Shown here piece after piece: positions 9,274-18,674 of a stretch of 64,000 nt of DNA; positions within the stretch are counted from its first letter, which is position 1; every line of letters begins with the position of its first letter. The DNA comes from Candidatus Multivoradales bacterium (lineage in GTDB: Bacteria; Acidobacteriota; Thermoanaerobaculia; Multivoradales; J023), in contig CBDFLE010000005.1 in assembly GCA_965248925.1 (NCBI GenBank), positions 607,135 through 671,134 on the forward strand, given 5' to 3'. The notes beneath the pieces are model-generated. The model made no database searches and was not told where the DNA came from. It was given only the letters and a program-made list of their open reading frames with translations. The position numbers were made by a program, and so were the translations under genes.

Positions 9274-9861
9274 ATGAGTCGCACATCCCCCCTCAAGGTC
9301 GCCGCCACCGTCCTAGCGATGGTTGCGGTGGCGGTCCTAGGTCTTGCCCTGGGCAAGCGAATGGGACAGCGCCAGATTGCCCCGGAGAGCGCCACCTTCC
9401 AGTTGCCAGAGGTCATCTTGAAGCCCGGTGCCCAGCTGCCGGAGGTAGCGCTGAGCGCCCCTGCCGGTGAACAGCTCAGCAGCTTGCAGTTGCTAGCAGA
9501 GTCCGGTGCAGTGGTGCTGTTCCTGGACCTCGACTGTTCCCCCTGCACCGAGGCCGTGGGCCGCTGGCAAGTGGCTCTCGACGAGGCGACCTTGGGTGAC
9601 GGCCAATGGCTGGAGCAGGTGGATCCCCGCTTGCCGTTGATCGGCATTACCCGCGACGCGATCGACCGCATTGCCCCCTATCGTGCTCTGCACGGCTTGA
9701 CTTTTCCCATTTATCACGATGCTGGCGCACGCCTGCGCGACGATTACTTGATTCAGTCTTTCCCCTTCTACGTGGTGGCCGCTCGCGACGGCAAGGTGCT
9801 CGCCAACGGCGTCGACCAGGTGCTCGCCGCAGACCAGCTAGAGCGGCTGCTGATTCCCTGA
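9274..9861 (+). CDS. Membrane-anchored thioredoxin-fold thiol:disulfide oxidoreductase (TlpA/ResA-like, CxxC = CSPC)
   Basis: N-terminal TM anchor (VAATVLAMVAVAVLGLAL). 'VVLFLDLDCSPCTEA' redox motif in thioredoxin-like spacing. 'FPFYVVAARDGKV' resembles the C-terminal beta-strand region of TlpA-like proteins. Confidence 0.7.
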   Translation: MSRTSPLKVAATVLAMVAVAVLGLALGKRMGQRQIAPESATFQLPEVILKPGAQLPEVALSAPAGEQLSSLQLLAESGAVVLFLDLDCSPCTEAVGRWQVALDEATLGDGQWLEQVDPRLPLIGITRDAIDRIAPYRALHGLTFPIYHDAGARLRDDYLIQSFPFYVVAARDGKVLANGVDQVLAADQLERLLIP

Positions 9862-10055
9862 GCAGAGTTGGGGCGGTGCCGGCAGCAATGTCGCGGAGCA
9901 ACCATCGACGTGCCGGTGGGTGGGATCCGCCGGTTTGAAGAAGCGGTGTTTCTTGGCTGGCCGGAAAGTGTGACGATCTCCTAGCTTTTTGTTAGATTCC
10001 GGGCTTCGGTCGCGAAGCAGCTCAGATCCTCTTCCGTTTGCAGGAGAATCCCGAG

Positions 10056-11399
10056 ATGGCCAACACCATCGTTCTAGGCATGCAGTGGGGCGACGAAGGC
10101 AAGGGCAAGATCGTCGATCTGATCGGCCCGGCTTTCGACGCCGTAGCGCGGTACCAGGGAGGCGACAACGCTGGTCATACGGTCAAATTCGCGGACCGTC
10201 ATTTCTCCCTGCACCTGATTCCATCCGGCATCCTGCATCCGCGCCAGCGCTGTGTGTTAGGCAACGGCATGGTGATCGCGCCCGATGCTTTCTTTGGCGA
10301 ACTCGAACGTCTGGCAGCAGCCGGAGTAGAGGTTACGGGGCGATTGTTCGTCGCTGAGCGCGCCCACGTCATCCTGCCGCACCATGCGGCCCTCGACCGG
10401 GCTCGCGAGGCAGCTCGGGGTACCGCCAAGATTGGCACCACGGCGCGCGGTATCGGTCCTGCCTACGAGATGAAAGCGGCCCGTTGCGGCCTGCGGGTGG
10501 GTGAGCTCGATGGCGTAGCTCTGGAGGAAAGGCTAGCGGCACAGCTCGATCGTGCCTTGCCCGAACTCGAGCGCCTTGGCGGCGAGCCAGTGCCGACGTT
10601 AGCCGAGCTGCTAGTGCAATGCCGAGCTTGGGCGGAGCGCCTGCGGCCCTACGTTTGCGACGGCGCGCGGTTACTCAATCGCTGGATTGCCGAAGGCAAG
10701 GGAGTGCTCTTCGAGGGCGCCCAGGGTGCCTTGCTCGATCTCGATCAAGGCACCTATCCCTACGTCACCAGCTCGAACACCATAGCTGGCGGAGTCTGTA
10801 CCGGCGCCGGGGTACCGCCGGGGCGCATCGACGGGGCCATCGGAGTGATCAAGGCCTACACCACCAGGGTGGGCGGGGGCCCCTTCACCAGCGAACTCGA
10901 CGATGAGACTGGCGAGCACCTACGCGACCGGGGCCAAGAATTTGGCACCACTACAGGTCGTCCACGGCGCTGCGGCTGGTTCGACGCCGTGGCCGCCAGG
11001 CACGCCCAGTTGCTCAACGGCATCGACGTCATGGCGCTGACCAAGCTCGATGTGCTCGACCAGCTCGACGAGATCAAGATCTGCACCGCTTATCGGTATC
11101 GCGGCCAAGAGCTGCAAGATTTCCCCGCCGATGTGGCGGTGCTGGCCGAAGCCGAGCCGGTGTGCGTCACGGTTCCCGGATGGCGCCAAGAGACCGCCGG
11201 CACTCGCGACACCGTCGATCTACCGCCAGCGGCCCGCGACTACATCAGTCGGCTCGAAGACCTGGTCGGGGTGCCGGTTGGCCTGATATCCACCGGCCCG
11301 CGCCGCGAGGAGACCCTGCTGCGACCGATCGCCGTCTTCGATAAGCTCCTCGGTGGCCGTCTAGACCTCATTCTCGACCACCGCGATAGCGGATCCTGA
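10056..11399 (+). CDS. purA: Adenylosuccinate synthetase
   Basis: MANTIVLGMQWGDEGKGKIVD (P-loop), 'GDNAGHTV', 'TTGRPRRCGW'. 448 aa from the ATG at 10056. The ORF-track TTG at 10038 adds 6 unlikely residues. Confidence 0.92.
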   Translation: MANTIVLGMQWGDEGKGKIVDLIGPAFDAVARYQGGDNAGHTVKFADRHFSLHLIPSGILHPRQRCVLGNGMVIAPDAFFGELERLAAAGVEVTGRLFVAERAHVILPHHAALDRAREAARGTAKIGTTARGIGPAYEMKAARCGLRVGELDGVALEERLAAQLDRALPELERLGGEPVPTLAELLVQCRAWAERLRPYVCDGARLLNRWIAEGKGVLFEGAQGALLDLDQGTYPYVTSSNTIAGGVCTGAGVPPGRIDGAIGVIKAYTTRVGGGPFTSELDDETGEHLRDRGQEFGTTTGRPRRCGWFDAVAARHAQLLNGIDVMALTKLDVLDQLDEIKICTAYRYRGQELQDFPADVAVLAEAEPVCVTVPGWRQETAGTRDTVDLPPAARDYISRLEDLVGVPVGLISTGPRREETLLRPIAVFDKLLGGRLDLILDHRDSGS

Positions 11400-11474
11400 G
11401 TGAGCGTCGTAGAATTTCCCTCTTGAGAGAGATGACTCCGGGGAGCGACCTTCGGTATACTCCCGCGTCTCGGT

Positions 11475-11550
11475 GGGCCGTTAGCTCAGTTGGTAGAGCA
11501 GCGGACTTTTAATCCGCGGGTCATAGGTTCGATCCCTATACGGCCTACCA
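11475..11550 (+). tRNA. tRNA-Lys (anticodon TTT)
   Basis: GGGCCGT acceptor stem (G1:U72 wobble), D-arm AGCTCAGTTGGTAGAGC, anticodon loop cTTTTaa, T-arm GGTTCGATCC, 3' CCA encoded. Cloverleaf folds by hand. Confidence 0.88.
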
Positions 11551-12010
11551 CCTAACTCTTTTATAATCAGTTGTTTATGTGGTGCCGCCGAGAAGGCATC
11601 CGGCGCCTGCTGTGTTTCGGTAAGCAAACGGTAAGCAGTGTGAATAACAGCTTGGCGCGTTGTGGAGAAGGTATCGAAGGCGCTACGCCTACTCACGGCG
11701 CAGCAAAGGCTGTGAGCTTCTCTCGCACGTTTCCGAGTAGCTCTTGGGTGAGCTGGCGCTTCTTGATCGCCGTCGTCCAGAGTGAAAGCGCCGCCAACGC
11801 TTCTCGTTCGACGGAGAGCGCTCGGAAGCAGCGGTAGGTGTCAGCCGCAAGCCGTGCCATATCTTCACCGCGACCGTGCTGGAGGTAAAGTCCTGCCAAG
11901 TCGAGCGAGATTACGCCGACATGGTAGGTGGCAGACATGCTGATGAGCTGCTGCCGAGCTTTTCGTAGCAGCAGCTCGGCCTTGCCAGCGGTGCCAAGCT
12001 TGGCGAGTTA

Positions 12011-13378
12011 TGGTCAAGAGTTGTGTATGGAGGATCAGGCGGCGATCCTGTCTTCTCGGATTCCATCGACAAATCTGACACCTCGAATGACATCGGCAAG
12101 TAGCTTGTAGCCTCGGAGTCGATGCCATCGTTTCTCGGCGCTCTGGCAGAGCTTGAAGACCATTGTCAGCATCGTTTGACGCGACAGGCAGCCGCGTGTT
12201 CTCGCAGTTCTCAGCCGCACGGTTGCGAAGGTCGACTCGATGGGGTTGGTGGTGCGCAGGTGGGTCCAGTGTTCGGCCGGAAAATCATAGAACGCGAGTA
12301 GCTCGGTGCGGTCCTTTTCCAGGCAGGTAGCCACCTTCGGGTACTTGGCCTCGTAGATGCGCAAGAAGCCGTCAAAAGCCTCCTCGGCGTTCTCGCGGGA
12401 CTCTGCCATCCAGATCTCATGTAGGGCTTGCTTGGCCTTCGGCTGCACCGACTTGGGCAAGTAGTTCAGGATGTTCCCCGTCTTGTGTACCCAGCAGCGT
12501 TGCTTCTTCGTGTTGCCCCAGACCTGAGCGAGGGCCTTCCAGAAGCCGAGTGCTCCATCGCCAATGGCCAGCTCGGGTTCAGTAGTGAGACCGTGAGTTT
12601 CGAGGCCGCGCAGCATCTCCAGCCATGAGGCTTCGCTCTCGCGATAGCCATCCTCGACGGCGATCAGTTCCTTCTTGCCGTCTTCCGTGGCCCCGATGAG
12701 CACCAACAGGCACAGCTTGGCGTCTTCGAGACGCGCCTTGCAGTGGATGGCATCGGCCCACACGTAGACGTAGCGCCTGCCGGTGAGGTCGCGGCCACGC
12801 CACGCTCCGTAGTCCTTCATCCAGACCTTTTTCAAGCGGCTGATAGTCGGAGCCGAGAGCCCGGGGGCATCCGGACCTAGAAGAGCACCGAGGGCTTCTG
12901 AGAAGTCACCGGTGGAGCTCCCGCGCAGGTAGCGCCAGGGCAGCAGCTCGCCGACACTCTTCGCGCGCCGCAGATAGGGCGGTACGATCTTTGAGTGGAA
13001 CTGAATGCCTTCGCCCTCGATGGCCGCCTGGTCGCGGACGCGAGGGACTCGTACCGGCACACCGCCAAGGCCCATCTGGATCTCGCGCTCAGGTAGGTAG
13101 CCGTTGCGCACCAGGCGTTGGTGCCCAGCCTCGTTGCGCTCCTGCTGATACTCGGTGAGGAAAGAGCCGACCTCGGCTTCGATGGCCTCTGCGAGCAGCT
13201 GCCGGGCGCCAGCGCGAAGAACCTCCGTCAGCGCGTCGCGAGTCTCTTGCGGACGACGCATCGGAACTACTGTATTCTCGGCCACGGCGTATCTCCTCGT
13301 CGTTGAGGGTGAATCGGACTGTGAAAGTCGATTCAGGATACGCCACCTTTTTTTCTCCTCATACACAACTTCCGACCA
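12011..13378 (-). mobile_element. IS256-family insertion sequence (about 1.37 kb) with imperfect terminal inverted repeats
   Basis: Terminal IRs GTCAAGAGTTGTGTATGGAGGA (12013-12034) and TCCTCATACACAACTTCCGAC (13353-13373) are reverse complements apart from 1-2 mismatches or indels. A single transposase ORF lies between them. Sits 460 bp from tRNA-Lys. Confidence 0.8.
12035..13261 (-). CDS. IS256-family (Mutator-like) transposase
   Basis: 409 aa from MRRPQETRDALTEVLRAGARQLLAEAIEAEVGSFL, the typical IS256 Tnp N-terminus. DDE region 'YVYVWADAIH...', 'CWVHKTGNILNY'. The ORF-track start at 13387 is an upstream extension. Confidence 0.85.
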   Translation of the reverse strand: MRRPQETRDALTEVLRAGARQLLAEAIEAEVGSFLTEYQQERNEAGHQRLVRNGYLPEREIQMGLGGVPVRVPRVRDQAAIEGEGIQFHSKIVPPYLRRAKSVGELLPWRYLRGSSTGDFSEALGALLGPDAPGLSAPTISRLKKVWMKDYGAWRGRDLTGRRYVYVWADAIHCKARLEDAKLCLLVLIGATEDGKKELIAVEDGYRESEASWLEMLRGLETHGLTTEPELAIGDGALGFWKALAQVWGNTKKQRCWVHKTGNILNYLPKSVQPKAKQALHEIWMAESRENAEEAFDGFLRIYEAKYPKVATCLEKDRTELLAFYDFPAEHWTHLRTTNPIESTFATVRLRTARTRGCLSRQTMLTMVFKLCQSAEKRWHRLRGYKLLADVIRGVRFVDGIREDRIAA

Positions 13379-13458
13379 TAGCTCCACCAGATGTCGATCA
13401 CCTGGAAGCCGAAGAAGAGCATCGCCTGCGAAGCTAGAGCCTTGAGCAGGCGACCGAT

Positions 13459-14931
13459 TTGCGTGGCTGGTTCTTGTTCAACTCGATCACGGCCGGGACC
13501 TGGCGAGTTGAAGCAGGAAGACCAGGGCTGTCTACAATTCGGCGCCTGGTAGAGGTGGTCGAGAACAGCGAGGTTCGCTTGGATCTGGCACTGGAACCTC
13601 TGGTGACGTTGACGCTGGCTGTCGACCCCATCCCACCGGCCCACGAAGTGACCTGGATGGCACAGCTAGCCGCTCATGCCGGCGGCACAACGCACGAAAC
13701 GGTGATTGACCAAGGCGGCTTGGCTTTCTTCATTGGCCTGGAACCCGGCGGCTATCGACTGACGATTGTTCGTGGAGCTGACGCGAAGGGAGGCGTCCAC
13801 CACCAAGATATCGAGGTGACGGGTGATCAACTGGTGGAAGTTGGTATTCCCTGGGTCCCGGTGCGAGGCCGAGTGCTCCTCGGCAACCACCCGCTTGCCG
13901 AGGCCGACATCGAGCTGCAGACCGGCGGGCTGGATAGTTGGACATTCCAGTCTGACGACGATGGGCGTTTTGAAGGCATTGTTCGGCGGCTCGACCGCGG
14001 TGTTGTTTTCGCCACCGTCACTACCACCGAGCCGCCGATTCACAGCCGATGGCGGGTTCGGACCTACAAGCTCGAAGACGATGGATTGAGTATCGAACTA
14101 GTGATGTCCAAGTCCGAGATCACCGGCTGGGTGTCGACCGCGAGCAGAAGCCCCGCTGCTCAAGCTACGGTCGTTGCCGAGCACCTGCTCGACCAGGTCG
14201 TGGTTCACACCGCCCAGACTGGGACCGACGGCCGCTTTCGCCTTGCCGGTCTTCTACCAGCCCCCTATGTGCTTCGAATCAGAAGCCGCAACGGCACGGG
14301 TGCAGTGCCAGTCGAGGTCGATTTACGCGACTCAGCCCCCAGCGAAGTCCGACTCGAACTCGTAGAATCGCGCCCTTTCACCCTCGCCTTCACGACGCCG
14401 GCCGGTCAGCCCCTCGCCGGTGCAAGGATCAACGTTGTTACCTCCAGGCCGGCGGTGACAACAACCGGCGCTGTTACAGGCCCTGACGGCCGGGCCAAGA
14501 TTCGCCTTCCCCGAACTGCCCAGCGCGCGGTGCTCGATATCGATTCCGCCAGCAGCCCCCTGGAGTCGGTCTGTATCGAATTGCCAGCCGCTCCAGACAA
14601 TGAGCTGGCATTCACCGTCGCCAACACTAGCGGTAAGGTCCGGCTCGACACCAAGGCCGATCCCGCTTTGCCGCCGCTATCCGCCGGCTCGGTCTGGCTG
14701 GTCAACGGCCGCGGCGGCCTGCTGCCAACTCAACGAGCAGTAGGCTCTGATCGCGGGGTGGCCGCGGGCTCCTACGCGGCGGTGTATCACGCTGGCCCCT
14801 CTTGGCGGTTGGCGGATCGAATCTGCGAGCAGCAGGAGAGACCGGGAGTCTCGTGGCAGGTATTGGCCACTGACTCAAGCTTGCGGCTGACTATCGATCT
14901 ACGCTCCCAACAACGCCGCGAGCTACGCTGA
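13459..14931 (+). CDS. Protein of tandem carboxypeptidase-regulatory-like (CarboxypepD_reg / prealbumin-like) beta-sandwich repeats; probably 5'-truncated by the IS256 insertion
   Basis: Recurrent 'G.V.D..G.P..GA.V' and 'TDGRFRLAGLLPAPYVLRI', 'DDDGRFEGI', 'GPDGRAKIRLP' repeat signatures. No signal peptide, and the first repeat looks N-terminally incomplete. The ORF begins 80 bp after the IS right end. Confidence 0.5.
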   Translation: MRGWFLFNSITAGTWRVEAGRPGLSTIRRLVEVVENSEVRLDLALEPLVTLTLAVDPIPPAHEVTWMAQLAAHAGGTTHETVIDQGGLAFFIGLEPGGYRLTIVRGADAKGGVHHQDIEVTGDQLVEVGIPWVPVRGRVLLGNHPLAEADIELQTGGLDSWTFQSDDDGRFEGIVRRLDRGVVFATVTTTEPPIHSRWRVRTYKLEDDGLSIELVMSKSEITGWVSTASRSPAAQATVVAEHLLDQVVVHTAQTGTDGRFRLAGLLPAPYVLRIRSRNGTGAVPVEVDLRDSAPSEVRLELVESRPFTLAFTTPAGQPLAGARINVVTSRPAVTTTGAVTGPDGRAKIRLPRTAQRAVLDIDSASSPLESVCIELPAAPDNELAFTVANTSGKVRLDTKADPALPPLSAGSVWLVNGRGGLLPTQRAVGSDRGVAAGSYAAVYHAGPSWRLADRICEQQERPGVSWQVLATDSSLRLTIDLRSQQRRELR

Positions 14932-15172
14932 AGATCGAGACATTTCAGGTCTGGCGGTAGGACGCTGGCTCGCTTTCGCCGATGACCCGGTCGCTTTCGA
15001 GAGTGATCTTCCGAAAGCTGCTGATGCAGCGGCAGCGGCAGAGGGTGTAGCTCCCGGAGGGCAGCTTGGAGCCTGCTAGAATCCTGCCGACGGCGGTCGG
15101 CCGGGCCTTTGCCTGGCCGGTTGGGCGCCTTGCCGGCGCTCTTGAGATGCAGGATCTTGATTTTAGGAGGAT

Positions 15173-15649
15173 GTGATGATCTACAAAGCCACTGCGCTAT
15201 TTGCCTTGATCTTGATCTTCGCCGTCACCGCCGCTAGCGGCCAAGCCAGCAGAGGAGTGGAGCAACTGCATCGACAGCAGGGCCGCGGTGAGAAGAGCCT
15301 GCTGGCGACCCCCTGGAAAATGGCGGACGAGGCCGAAGGAGTCTTCAAGTTGACCCAAGAGGGCAGCACGCTGTCGGTGGAGTTCTTGAGCGAACTCGAA
15401 ATCGAGCGCTTGATGATTGCTGATGTCGAGGTGGAAGTGGACAGCGAAGGGTGCTGGGTCGCGGAACTCAAGAAGCCGAAGAAGAGCCCCAAGGTGACCG
15501 CGATAATCGGCGACAACAAGCTCTCACTCGATCTCGATCAGCCGGTCTTCCGCAACGGTGTGGCAGTGCTGGTAGTCGCCGCCAAGGATGGCAAGTTGAA
15601 AACCTCTCCCTCGTTCTGGGCCAGCAAGCTGCCGGCCGAGATGCGCTGA
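15173..15649 (+). CDS. Secreted hypothetical protein (signal peptide, no recognisable domain)
   Basis: Hydrophobic N-terminus MMIYKATALFALILIFAVTAASGQA. RBS AGGAGGA 6 nt upstream. 158 aa. No motif recognised. Confidence 0.5.
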   Translation: MMIYKATALFALILIFAVTAASGQASRGVEQLHRQQGRGEKSLLATPWKMADEAEGVFKLTQEGSTLSVEFLSELEIERLMIADVEVEVDSEGCWVAELKKPKKSPKVTAIIGDNKLSLDLDQPVFRNGVAVLVVAAKDGKLKTSPSFWASKLPAEMR

Positions 15650-15676
15650 ACCGACTGAGGAGAACCGAGCCTGCAT

Positions 15677-18598
15677 ATGTCTACTCTGCACAGCTTTCGC
15701 GGGCTCGCCCCGCTGCACTGGGCCGTCGTCTTGGGGCTGGTAGTGGCTGCCGCGACCGCCAGCGGCCAGCCGCGGCCATTGACTTTTGACGATCTGATGC
15801 ACTTCCGCCAGATCCGCCAGCCGCTGCTGTCAGAAGATGGCAAGTGGTTAGCCTACGGTCTGGAACCGGACCGTGGCGATGGCGAGGGTGTGCTGCGTTC
15901 CGCCGACGGCCAACAAGTGCATCGCTTGCAGCGGGGCGCCGAACCGCAGCTTTCAGCCGACGGTCGTTGGGCTGCGTTTGTCATCAAGCCAACTGCCGCG
16001 GAGCTGGAAGAGGCAGAGAAGAAGGGCAAGCAGGGGGAGAAGGACAAGAAGTCTGACGCCGCAGACGGTGCCAAGGCCGGCATGTCGCTGGTCGACACCA
16101 GAAACGGCGGGGTCGAAAGCTATCAACGGGTGGATGGCTTTCAGTTCTCTGACGATGGCGCCTGGCTGGCCATTCATCATTTCCCAGCCGAGACGTTGGC
16201 TGCGGAGGATGAAAGCGAGCTGCCGTCAGTGAGCGGTAGTGGTGAGCAAGCCACCGCCGAATCAGCTGTCGAGCCAGCTGCCGAGGGCGACCAGGAAGAC
16301 GCCAGCCCTGAGCCCCGCGGTCACCTGCGTTTGCGCCATCTGCGCAGCGGCAATGAGCTGCTGATCGAGCAAGTTCGCGAGTTCGCTTTTGACCACCCGG
16401 CTGCGGGCGAACCGGCACAGTTTGTGGCCTGGGTGGTCGATGGCCCTGTGACCACCGCCAACGGTCTGTTTGTCCGACCGCTGCGCCATGATGCCGAGTC
16501 GCGGTTATTGGCAGCCGGGGATAAGCGTTGGCAGGGACAGTTGCAGTGGGCCGATGAATGGCCGAGGCTGGCCTTTCTGCACGGCCACCAGGCTGCCGAC
16601 GACGAGATCGACCAGGTCGCACTCAGCACCTGGGGAGCGGGCGATACTGCTGCGGCGCTGCGGCTCGCTGCCGGCGAGGTCCCTACCGGGTGGCGAATTC
16701 CAAGCGTCAATGAGCTGCATTGGAGCCGTGACGGCGAGCGGCTGTTCTTCGGCTTCCGGCCGCGGTCTGACTCGCCCGAGCTGAATTCGAACAGCGAAGA
16801 TGAAACCGCCGCCGAACCAACGGCGGCAGCCTTCGACCCCTTTGACCAAGATGCTCTGCTAGAGGCTGCTAAGGTGGATGTCTGGCATTGGGACGACCCC
16901 CTCATCAGCCCGCATCAGAAGAAGCGTTGGCAGGAGCGCGACAAAGAGCTGTTCCGCGCCGTGCTCCACCTTGACGACGGCTCTGTGGTGCAGCTGGCGG
17001 ACGATGAAATACCGGTGGTGGTGGCGGTCGACAATCCCCGCTTTGCCCTCGGGCGGAGCGATGTCCCATACCGCAAGCTGATCACCTGGGAAGGGCGCTT
17101 CTACGACTATTGGGCGATTGATTTGAGGAACGGCGAACGACGCAAATTTGCCCTCCGGGTCAGCGATGACCAGGCCTCCCTTTCGCCCGGCGGCGGCTGG
17201 GTGACTTGGTTCCAGAAAGGCCATTGGCAGCTCTACAGCACCGCCACGGGGGTGAGCCGTAACCTCACGGAGAGTCTCGAAGTACCCTTCGCCAATGAGG
17301 ATCACGACTATTCCTATGAAGTTCCAGGCTATGGCGTCGCTGATTGGACCGCCGACGATCAGAGCTTGCTGCTCTATGACAAATTCGATATCTGGCAATT
17401 TTCCACCGACGGCGGCCAGCCTTTGCGCTTGACCTCCGGGCGCGAAGAGCGAGTAAGCCACCGGATGATCGACCTCGACGAGCGACAGGAGGGACTGGAA
17501 AGTGACCAGGATCTGCTGCTGCTGGCCTACCATGACCGGCTGAAGCACAACGCTTTTGTCGGTGCCAAGGTGGGGCAGGCCGGTACCAAGATTCTCTTCG
17601 AGGCCAACAAGCGTTTGAAATATCGCGGTCGAGCTCGGTACGCCAACAGGCTACTCTTCACCCGCGAGAGTCATGCTGAATTTCCCGATCTGTGGATTTC
17701 CGACCTGAAGCTCGAGGGCCGCCAGCGGTTGTCTCAAGCCAATCCGCAGATGGCTGATTTCGGTTGGGGAGCACCGGAGTTGGTGCAGTGGACCAGTCTC
17801 GATGGCGAACCCCTGCAGGGGGTGCTGATCAAACCAGCGGGCTATCAAGAGGGACAGCGTTACCCGGTGCTGGTCTACTTCTACCGCTTCTTCTCGCAAC
17901 GTCTCTATGAGTTTAACGAGCCGGTGATCAACCATCGGCCGAGCTTTCCTCTCTATGCCTCGGACGGCTATGCGGTCTTCCTCCCTGACACCCGATTCGA
18001 AATAGGCAGGCCGGGTCTATCTGCCACTCATTGCCTGGTACCTGGAGTGCAAAAACTGATCGAGATGGGCATTGCCGACCCCCAGCGCATCGGCTTGCAC
18101 GGCCACTCGTGGAGCGGTTACCAAGCGGCCTTTTTGGTCACCCAAACCGATATCTTCGCCGCCGCGGTGGCCGGGGCGCCAGTGTCGAATATGACCAGTG
18201 CCTACGGTGGCATCCGCTACACCTCTGGCCTGGCGCGTCAATTTCAATATGAGCAGGGGCAGAGTCGGATGGGCGGTAGCCTATGGGAGAAGCCCTGGGC
18301 CTACGTCGAGAATTCGCCCCTCTTCTTCGCCGATAAGATCGACACTCCGTTGCTGATCGAATTTGGCGATAAAGACGGTGCGGTGCCCTGGACTCAGGGT
18401 ATCGAACTCTACCTGGCGCTGCGACGGCTGGGCAAACCGGCGATTTTTCTGCAATACCGCGGTGAAGGTCACCACCTGAAGAAGTACGCCAACAAACTCG
18501 ACTACGCAATCCGTATGAAGGCCTACTTCGACCATTACCTGAAGGGCCAGCCGGCTGCTGCGTGGATCACCGATGGCGAACCCTACCAGGGCGATTGA
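15677..18598 (+). CDS. S9-family serine peptidase (prolyl oligopeptidase / dipeptidyl-peptidase type) with N-terminal beta-propeller
   Basis: Signal peptide. Long propeller-like N-terminal region. C-terminal alpha/beta-hydrolase with nucleophile elbow 'GHSWSGY', and downstream Asp/His ('FGDKDGAVPW', 'GEGHH'). Confidence 0.85.
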   Translation: MSTLHSFRGLAPLHWAVVLGLVVAAATASGQPRPLTFDDLMHFRQIRQPLLSEDGKWLAYGLEPDRGDGEGVLRSADGQQVHRLQRGAEPQLSADGRWAAFVIKPTAAELEEAEKKGKQGEKDKKSDAADGAKAGMSLVDTRNGGVESYQRVDGFQFSDDGAWLAIHHFPAETLAAEDESELPSVSGSGEQATAESAVEPAAEGDQEDASPEPRGHLRLRHLRSGNELLIEQVREFAFDHPAAGEPAQFVAWVVDGPVTTANGLFVRPLRHDAESRLLAAGDKRWQGQLQWADEWPRLAFLHGHQAADDEIDQVALSTWGAGDTAAALRLAAGEVPTGWRIPSVNELHWSRDGERLFFGFRPRSDSPELNSNSEDETAAEPTAAAFDPFDQDALLEAAKVDVWHWDDPLISPHQKKRWQERDKELFRAVLHLDDGSVVQLADDEIPVVVAVDNPRFALGRSDVPYRKLITWEGRFYDYWAIDLRNGERRKFALRVSDDQASLSPGGGWVTWFQKGHWQLYSTATGVSRNLTESLEVPFANEDHDYSYEVPGYGVADWTADDQSLLLYDKFDIWQFSTDGGQPLRLTSGREERVSHRMIDLDERQEGLESDQDLLLLAYHDRLKHNAFVGAKVGQAGTKILFEANKRLKYRGRARYANRLLFTRESHAEFPDLWISDLKLEGRQRLSQANPQMADFGWGAPELVQWTSLDGEPLQGVLIKPAGYQEGQRYPVLVYFYRFFSQRLYEFNEPVINHRPSFPLYASDGYAVFLPDTRFEIGRPGLSATHCLVPGVQKLIEMGIADPQRIGLHGHSWSGYQAAFLVTQTDIFAAAVAGAPVSNMTSAYGGIRYTSGLARQFQYEQGQSRMGGSLWEKPWAYVENSPLFFADKIDTPLLIEFGDKDGAVPWTQGIELYLALRRLGKPAIFLQYRGEGHHLKKYANKLDYAIRMKAYFDHYLKGQPAAAWITDGEPYQGD

Positions 18599-18674
18599 CC
18601 GCTGGCCTCGTGTTAGCATGCGGGCGAATTCCGATCGCGCCCCTGACTTCGGTCGGAGCTGGTGATGTCGACTG

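Noticed and set aside
11693-11938. 81-aa minus-strand ORF between tRNA-Lys and the IS (possible regulator C-terminal remnant)
   Set aside because: It has no RBS or recognisable domain and overlaps equally plausible ORFs in other frames. It may be a relic of the gene disrupted by the IS, but this cannot be supported from sequence alone.
13262-13387. N-terminal 42-aa extension of the IS256 transposase ORF
   Set aside because: IS256 transposases start at the conserved M-x-ELDALL-like helix (here MRRPQETRDALTEV). The extension runs into the terminal inverted repeat.
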